The notes beneath the pieces were generated by a model. It was given only the letters and a program-made list of their open reading frames with translations. It made no database searches and was not told the origin of the DNA. A stretch of DNA of 64,000 bases from the human T2T-CHM13v2.0 reference genome, Homo sapiens: assembly GCF_009914755.1 (NCBI RefSeq), contig NC_060943.1; one strand, 5' to 3'. The position numbers were made by a program, and so were the translations under genes. Shown here one piece after another: positions 56,401-64,000 of the stretch (the stretch's first letter is position 1; each line of letters begins with the position of its first letter).

Positions 56401-59400
56401 GTTGGAAACGGGATTTCTTCATATTCTGCTAGAAAGAAGAATTCTCAGTAACTTCCTTGTGTTGTGTGTATTCAACTCACAGAGTTGAACGATCCTTTAC
56501 ACAGAGCAGACTTGAAACACTCTTTTTGTGGAACTTGCAAGTGGAGATTTCAGCCGCTTTGAGGTCAATGGTAGAATAGGAAATATCTTCCTATAGAAAC
56601 TAGACAGAATGATTCTCAGAAACTCCTTTGTGATGTGTGCGTTCAACTCACAGAGTTTAACCTTTCTTTTCATAGAGCAGTTGGGAAACACTCTGTTTGT
56701 AAAGTCTGCAAGTGGATATTCAGACATCCTTGAGGCTTTCGTTGGAAAAGGGATTTCTTCATATTCTGCTAGAAAGAAGAATTCTCAGTAACTTCCTTGT
56801 GTTGTGTGTTTTCAACTCACAGAGTTGAACGATCCTTTACACAGAGCAGACTTGAAACACTCCTTTTGTGGAATTTGCAAGTGGAGATTTCAGCCGCTTT
56901 GAGGTCAATGGTAGAATAGGAAATATCTTCCTATAGAAACTAGACAGAATGATTCTCAGAAACTCCTTTGTGATGTGTGCGTTCAACTCACAGAGTTCAA
57001 CCTTTCTTTTCATAGAGCAGTTGGGAAACACTCTGTTTGTAAAGTCTGCAAGTGGATATTCAGACTTCTTTGAGGCCTTCGTTGGAAGCGGGATTTCTTC
57101 ATGTTCTGCTAGACAGAAGAATTCTCAGAAACTTCCTTGTGTTGTGTGTTTTCAACTCACAGAGTTGAACGATCCTTTACACAGAGCAGACTTGAAACAC
57201 TCCTTTTGTGGAATTTGCAAGTGGAGATTTCAGCCGCTTTGAGGTCAATGGTAGAATAGGAAATATCTTCCTATAGAAACTAGACAGAATGATTCTCATA
57301 ACTCCTTTGTGATGTGTGCGTTCAACTCACAGAGTTCAACCTTTCTTTTCATAGAGCAGTTGGGAAACACTCTGTTTGTAAAGTCTGCAAGTGGATATTC
57401 AGTCTTCTTTGAGGCCTTCGTTGGAAGCGGGATTTCTTCATATTCTGCTAGACAGAAGAATTCTCAGTAACTGCCTTGTGTTGTGTGTATTCAACTCACA
57501 GAGTTGAACGATCCTTTACACAGAGCAGACTTGAAACACTCTTTTTGTGGAATTTGCAAGTGGAGATTTCAGCCGCTTTGAAGTCAATGGTAGAATAGGA
57601 AATATCTTCCTATAGAAACTAGACAGAATGATTCTCAGAAACTCCTTTGTGATGTGTGCGTTCAACTCACAGAGTTTAACCTTTCTTTTCATAGAGCAGT
57701 TAGGAAACACTCTGTTTGTAAAGTCTGCAAGTGGATATTCAGACATCCTTGAGGCTTTCGTTGGAAACGGGATTTCTTCATATTCTGCTAGAAAGAAGAA
57801 TTCTCAGTAACTTCCTTGTGTTGTGTGTATTCAACTCACAGAGTTGAACGATCCTTTACACAGAGCAGACTTGAAACACTCTTTTTGTGGAATTTGCAAG
57901 TGGAGATTTCAGCCGCTTTGAGGTCAATGGTAGAATAGGAAATATCTTCCTATAGAAATTAGACAGAATGATTCTCAGAAACTCCTTTGTGATGTGTGCG
58001 TTCAACTCACACAGTTTAACCTTTCTTTTCATAGAGCAGTTGGGAAACACTCTGTTTGTAAAGTCTGCAAGTGGATATTCAGACATCCTTGAGGCTTTCG
58101 TTGGAAACGGGATTTCTTCATATTCTGCTAGAAAGAAGAATTCTCAGTAACTTCCTTGTGTTGTGTGTATTCAACTCACAGAGTTGAACGATCCTTTACA
58201 GAGAGCAGACTTGAAACACTCTTTTTGTGGAATTTGCAAGTGGAGATTTCAGCCGCTTTGAGGTCAATGGTAGAATAGGAAATATCTTCCTATAGAAACT
58301 AGACAGAATGATTCTCAGAAACTCCTTTGTGATGTGTGCGTTCAACTCACACAGTTTAACCTTTCTTTTCATAGAGCAGTTAGGAAACACTCTGTTTGTA
58401 AAGTCTGCAAGTGGATATTCAGACCTCCTTGAGGCCTTCGTTGGAAACGGGATTTCTTCATATTATGCTAGACAGAAGAATTCTCAGGAACTTCCTTGTG
58501 TTGTGTGTATTCAACTCACAGAGTTGAACGATCCTTTACACAGAGCAGACTTGAAACACTCTTTTTGTGGAATTTGCAAGTGGAGATTTCAGCCACTTTG
58601 AGTTCAATGGTAGAATAGGAAATATCTTCCTATAGAAAGTACACAGAATGATTCTTAGAAACTGCTTTGTGATGTGTGCGTTCAACTCACAGAGTTCAAC
58701 CTTTCTTTTCATAGAGCAGTTGGGAAACACTCTGTTTGTAAAGTCTGCAAGTGGATATTCAGACTTCTTTGAGGCCTTCGTTGGAAGCGGGATTTCTTCA
58801 TGTTCTGCTAGACAGAAGAATTCTCAGAAACTTCCTTGTGTTGTGTGTTTTCAACTCACAGAGTTGAACGATCCTTTACACAGAGCAGACTTGAAACACT
58901 CCTTTTGTGGAATTTGCAAGTGGAGATTTCAGCCGCTTCGAGGTCAATGGTAGAATAGGAAATATCTTCCTATAGAAACTAGACAGAATGATTCTCATAA
59001 CTCCTTTGTGATGTGTGCGTTCAACTCACAGAGTTCAACCTTTCTTTTCATAGAGCAGTTGGGAAACACTCTGTTTGTAAAGTCTGCAAGTGGATATTCA
59101 GTCTTCTTTGAGGCCTTCGTTGGAAGCGGGATTTCTTCATATTCTGCTAGACAGAAGAATTCTCAGTAACTGCCTTGTGTTGTGTGTATTCAACTCACAG
59201 AGTTGAACGATCCTTTACACAGAGCAGACTTGAAACACTCTTTTTGTGGAATTTGCAAGTGGAGATTTCAGCCGCTTTGAAGTCAATGGTAGAATAGGAA
59301 ATATCTTCCTATAGAAACTAGACAGAATGATTCTCAGAAACTCCTTTGTGATGTGTGCGTTCAACTCACAGAGTTTAACCTTTCTTTTCATAGAGCAGTT

Positions 59401-62400
59401 AGGAAACACTCTGTTTGTAAAGTCTGCAAGTGGATATTCAGACCTCCTTGAGGCCTTCGTTGGAAACGGGATTTCTTCATATTATGCTAGACAGAAGAAT
59501 TCTCAGGAACTTCCTTGTGTTGTGTGTATTCAACTCACAGAGTTGAACGATCCTTTACACAGAGCAGACTTGAAACACTCTTTTTGTGGAATTTGCAAGT
59601 GGAGATTTCAGCCGCTTTGAGTTCAATGGTAGAATAGGAAATATCTTCCTATAGAAAGTACACAGAATGATTCTCAGAAACTGCTTTGTGATGTGTGCGT
59701 TCAACTCACAGAGTTCAACCTTTCTTTTCATAGAGCAGTTGGGAAACACTCTGTTTGTAAAGTCTGCAAGTGGATATTCAGACTTCTTTGAGGCCTTCGT
59801 TGGAAGCGGGATTTCTTCATATTCTGCTAGACAGAAGAATTCTCAGTAACTTCCTTGTGTTGTGTGTATTCAACTCACAGAGTTGAACGATCCTTTACAC
59901 AGAGCAGACTTGAAACACTTTTTGTGGAATTTGCAAGTGGAGATTTCAGCCGCTTTGAGGTCAATGGTAGAATAGGAAATATCTTCCTATAGAAACTAGA
60001 CAGAATGATTCTCAGAAACTCCTTTGTGATGTGTGCGTTCAACTCACAGAGTTCAACCTTTCTTTTCATAGAGCAGTTGGGAAACACTCTGTTTGTAAAG
60101 TCTGCAAGTGGATATTCAGACTTCTTTGAGGCCTTCGTTGGAAGCGGGATTTCTTCATGTTCTGCTAGACAGAAGAATTCTCAGAAACTTCCTTGTGTTG
60201 TGTGTTTTCAACTCACAGAGTTGAACGATCCTTTACACAGAGCAGACTTGAAACACTCCTTTTGTGGAATTTGCAAGTGGAGATTTCAGCGGCTTTGAGG
60301 TCAATGGTAGAATAGGAAATATCTTCCTATAGAAAGTAGACAGAATGATTCTCAGAAACTCCTTTGTGATGTGTGCGTTCAACTCACAGAGTTTAACCTT
60401 TCTTTTCATAGAGCAGTTAGGAAACACTCTGTTTGTAAAGTCTGCAAGTGGATATTCAGACCTCCTTGAGGCCTTCGTTGGAAACAGGATTTCTTCATAT
60501 TCTGCTAGACAGAAGAATTCTCAGTAACTTCCTTGTGTTGTGTGTATTCAACTCACAGAGTTGAACGATCCTTTACACAGAGCAGACTTGAAACACTCTT
60601 TTTGTGGAATTTGCAAGTGGAGATTTCAGCCGCTTTGAGTTCAATGGTAGAATAGGAAATATCTTCCTATAGAAACTAGACAGAATGATTCTCATAACTC
60701 CTTTGTGATGTGTGCGTTCAACTCACAGAGTTCAACCTTTCTTTTCATAGAGCAGTTGGGAAACACTCTGTTTGTAAAGTCTGCAAGTGGATATTCAGAC
60801 TTCTTTGAGGCCTTCGTTGGAAGCGGGATTTCTTCATATTCTGCTAGACAGAAGAATTCTCAGTAACTGCCTTGTGTTGTGTGTATTCAACTCACAGAGT
60901 TGAACGATCCTTTACACAGAGAAGACTTGAAACACTCTTTTTGTGGAATTTGCAAGTGGAGATTTCAGCCGCTGTGAGGTCAATGGTAGAATAGGAAATA
61001 TCTTCCTATAGAAACTAGACAGAATGATTCTCAGAAACTCCTTTGTGATGTGTGCGTTCAACTCACAGAGTTCAACCTTTCTTTTCATAGAGCAGTTGGG
61101 AAACACTCTGTTTGTAAAGTCTGCAAGTGGATATTCAGACTTCTTTGAGGCCTTCGTTGGAAGCGGGATTTCTTCATATTCTGCTAGACAGAAGAATTCT
61201 CAGTAACTGCCTTGTGTTGTGTGTATTCAACTCACAGAGTTGAACGATCCTTTACACAGAGCAGACTTGAAACACTCTTTTTGTGGAATTTGCAAGTGGA
61301 GATTTCAGCCGCTTTGAGGTCAATGGTAGAATAGGAAATATCTTCCTATAGAAACTAGACAGAATGATTCTCAGAAACTCCTTTGTGATGTGTGCGTTCA
61401 ACTCACAGAGTTTAACCTTTCTTTTCATAGAGCAGTTAGGAAACACTCTGTTTGTAAAGTCTGCAAGTGGATATTCAGACATCCTTGAGGCTTTCGTTGG
61501 AAACGGGATTTCTTCATATTCTGCTAGAAAGAAGAATTCTCAGTAACTTCCTTGTGTTGTGTGTATTCAACTCACAGAGTTGAACGATCCTTTACACAGA
61601 GCAGACTTGAAACACTCTTTTTGTGGAACTTGCAAGTGGAGATTTCAGCCGCTTTGAGGTCAATGGTAGAATAGGAAATATCTTCCTATAGAAACTAGAC
61701 AGAATGATTCTCAGAAACTCCTTTGTGATGTGTGCGTTCAACTCACAGAGTTTAACCTTTCTTTTCATAGAGCAGTTGGGAAACACTCTGTTTGTAAAGT
61801 CTGCAAGTGGATATTCAGACATCCTTGAGGCTTTCGTTGGAAAAGGGATTTCTTCATATTCTGCTAGAAAGAAGAATTCTCAGTAACTTCCTTGTGTTGT
61901 GTGTTTTCAACTCACAGAGTTGAACGATCCTTTACACAGAGCAGACTTGAAACACTCCTTTTGTGGAATTTGCAAGTGGAGATTTCAGCCGCTTTGAGGT
62001 CAATGGTAGAATAGGAAATATCTTCCTATAGAAACTAGACAGAATGATTCTCAGAAACTCCTTTGTGATGTGTGCGTTCAACTCACAGAGTTCAACCTTT
62101 CTTTTCATAGAGCAGTTGGGAAACACTCTGTTTGTAAAGTCTGCAAGTGGATATTCAGACTTCTTTGAGGCCTTCGTTGGAAGCGGGATTTCTTCATGTT
62201 CTGCTAGACAGAAGAATTCTCAGAAACTTCCTTGTGTTGTGTGTTTTCAACTCACAGAGTTGAACGATCCTTTACACAGAGCAGACTTGAAACACTCCTT
62301 TTGTGGAATTTGCAAGTGGAGATTTCAGCCGCTTTGAGGTCAATGGTAGAATAGGAAATATCTTCCTATAGAAACTAGACAGAATGATTCTCATAACTCC

Positions 62401-64000
62401 TTTGTGATGTGTGCGTTCAACTCACAGAGTTCAACCTTTCTTTTCATAGAGCAGTTGGGAAACACTCTGTTTGTAAAGTCTGCAAGTGGATATTCAGTCT
62501 TCTTTGAGGCCTTCGTTGGAAGCGGGATTTCTTCATATTCTGCTAGACAGAAGAATTCTCAGTAACTGCCTTGTGTTGTGTGTATTCAACTCACAGAGTT
62601 GAACGATCCTTTACACAGAGCAGACTTGAAACACTCTTTTTGTGGAATTTGCAAGTGGAGATTTCAGCCGCTTTGAAGTCAATGGTAGAATAGGAAATAT
62701 CTTCCTATAGAAACTAGACAGAATGATTCTCAGAAACTCCTTTGTGATGTGTGCGTTCAACTCACAGAGTTTAACCTTTCTTTTCATAGAGCAGTTAGGA
62801 AACACTCTGTTTGTAAAGTCTGCAAGTGGATATTCAGACATCCTTGAGGCTTTCGTTGGAAACGGGATTTCTTCATATTCTGCTAGAAAGAAGAATTCTC
62901 AGTAACTTCCTTGTGTTGTGTGTATTCAACTCACAGAGTTGAACGATCCTTTACACAGAGCAGACTTGAAACACTCTTTTTGTGGAATTTGCAAGTGGAG
63001 ATTTCAGCCGCTTTGAGGTCAATGGTAGAATAGGAAATATCTTCCTATAGAAATTAGACAGAATGATTCTCAGAAACTCCTTTGTGATGTGTGCGTTCAA
63101 CTCACACAGTTTAACCTTTCTTTTCATAGAGCAGTTGGGAAACACTCTGTTTGTAAAGTCTGCAAGTGGATATTCAGACATCCTTGAGGCTTTCGTTGGA
63201 AACGGGATTTCTTCATATTCTGCTAGAAAGAAGAATTCTCAGTAACTTCCTTGTGTTGTGTGTATTCAACTCACAGAGTTGAACGATCCTTTACACAGAG
63301 CAGACTTGAAACACTCTTTTTGTGGAATTTGCAAGTGGAGATTTCAGCCGCTTTGAGGTCAATGGTAGAATAGGAAATATCTTCCTATAGAAACTAGACA
63401 GAATGATTCTCAGAAACTCCTTTGTGATGTGTGCGTTCAACTCACACAGTTTAACCTTTCTTTTCATAGAGCAGTTAGGAAACACTCTGTTTGTAAAGTC
63501 TGCAAGTGGATATTCAGACCTCCTTGAGGCCTTCGTTGGAAACGGGATTTCTTCATATTATGCTAGACAGAAGAATTCTCAGGAACTTCCTTGTGTTGTG
63601 TGTATTCAACTCACAGAGTTGAACGATCCTTTACACAGAGCAGACTTGAAACACTCTTTTTGTGGAATTTGCAAGTGGAGATTTCAGCCACTTTGAGTTC
63701 AATGGTAGAATAGGAAATATCTTCCTATAGAAAGTACACAGAATGATTCTTAGAAACTGCTTTGTGATGTGTGCGTTCAACTCACAGAGTTCAACCTTTC
63801 TTTTCATAGAGCAGTTGGGAAACACTCTGTTTGTAAAGTCTGCAAGTGGATATTCAGACTTCTTTGAGGCCTTCGTTGGAAGCGGGATTTCTTCATATTC
63901 TGCTAGACAGAAGAATTCTCAGTAACTTCCTTGTGTTGTGTGTATTCAACTTACAGAGTTGAACGATCCTTTACACAGAGCAGACTTGAAACACTCTTTT
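53441..64000 (+). repeat. 15-dimer (30-monomer, 5095 bp) tandem super-repeat: 53441-58535, 58536-63630, third copy starting at 63631
   Basis: GCCACT variant at 53500, 58595 and 63690; 2-bp deletion at about 54824 and 59919; CTTCGAGG variant in both full copies; ORF-track offset of 5095. Confidence 0.88.

Larger units (their letters stand above)
1..64000 (+). repeat. Alpha satellite (ALR/Alpha) tandem array of 340-bp dimers, suprachromosomal family 1, most likely the D1Z7/D5Z2/D19Z3 (chr1/5/19) live centromeric array
   Basis: The 340-bp period is seen directly (GAATTC at 355, 695, ...; ORF track repeats every 340 bp). Two diverged monomers of 171 and 169 bp (ATTCTCAG at 357, 528, 697). A CENP-B box occurs in every second monomer, and dimers differ by only a few SNPs. 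The family assignment comes from established knowledge of the 340-bp EcoRI dimer. The alpha-satellite call is near certain; the chr1/5/19 call is less so. Confidence 0.97.

Noticed and set aside
413-63925. Hundreds of 60-127 aa ORFs on both strands (MILRNSFVMCAF..., MFPNCSMKRK..., MSEYPLADF...)
   Set aside because: They are translations of the satellite unit, overlap antisense to one another, and are freely broken or extended by SNPs and indels. They show no recognisable domain or gene structure. They were used only as haplotype markers.
1-64000. CRISPR-like or diversity-generating repeat array
   Set aside because: There are no unique spacers between repeats and no cas or reverse-transcriptase genes; the whole unit is repeated and is recognisable alpha satellite.
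1-64000. Embedded L1/Alu/viral insertion, inversion or other foreign sequence
   Set aside because: The register is continuous across the window. All gaps in the ORF track are explained by 1-, 2- or 4-bp deletions, and orientation never changes.
1-64000. Order of L/F/I dimers as a functional code or a new biological system
   Set aside because: The order is accounted for by nested tandem duplication, deletion and conversion; nothing in the sequence indicates that it is read out.
1-64000. Assignment to one specific chromosome or to the kinetochore site
   Set aside because: Chromosomes 1, 5 and 19 share this repeat family, and kinetochore position is epigenetic. Alignment to a complete assembly and chromatin data are required.

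Overview
The whole 64-kb window is one uninterrupted, same-orientation array of human-type centromeric alpha satellite, about 188 copies of a 340-bp dimer. Each dimer is a 171-bp A-type monomer with a degenerate pJ-alpha box plus a 169-bp B-type monomer with a CENP-B box, and nearly every dimer has one EcoRI site. This fits the suprachromosomal family 1 (J1/J2) live array shared by chromosomes 1, 5 and 19 (D1Z7/D5Z2/D19Z3); I cannot assign the chromosome by eye. I see no genes, RNA genes, transposon insertions, inversions or CRISPR arrays, and every ORF in the track is a by-product of the repeat. I do not find a new biological system. The readable signal lies in the SNP and indel pattern: three recurrent dimer haplotypes; nested local duplications of 5, 6, 7, 8, 10, 13, 15 and 26-31 dimers; recombinant dimers; three sub-domains; an emerging 5-dimer (about 1.7 kb) period in the last 16 kb; and amplification of CENP-B-box-defective dimers in that same region. 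Dimer positions below are the ATG of the ATGATTCTCA motif that starts each B monomer. All counts are manual.
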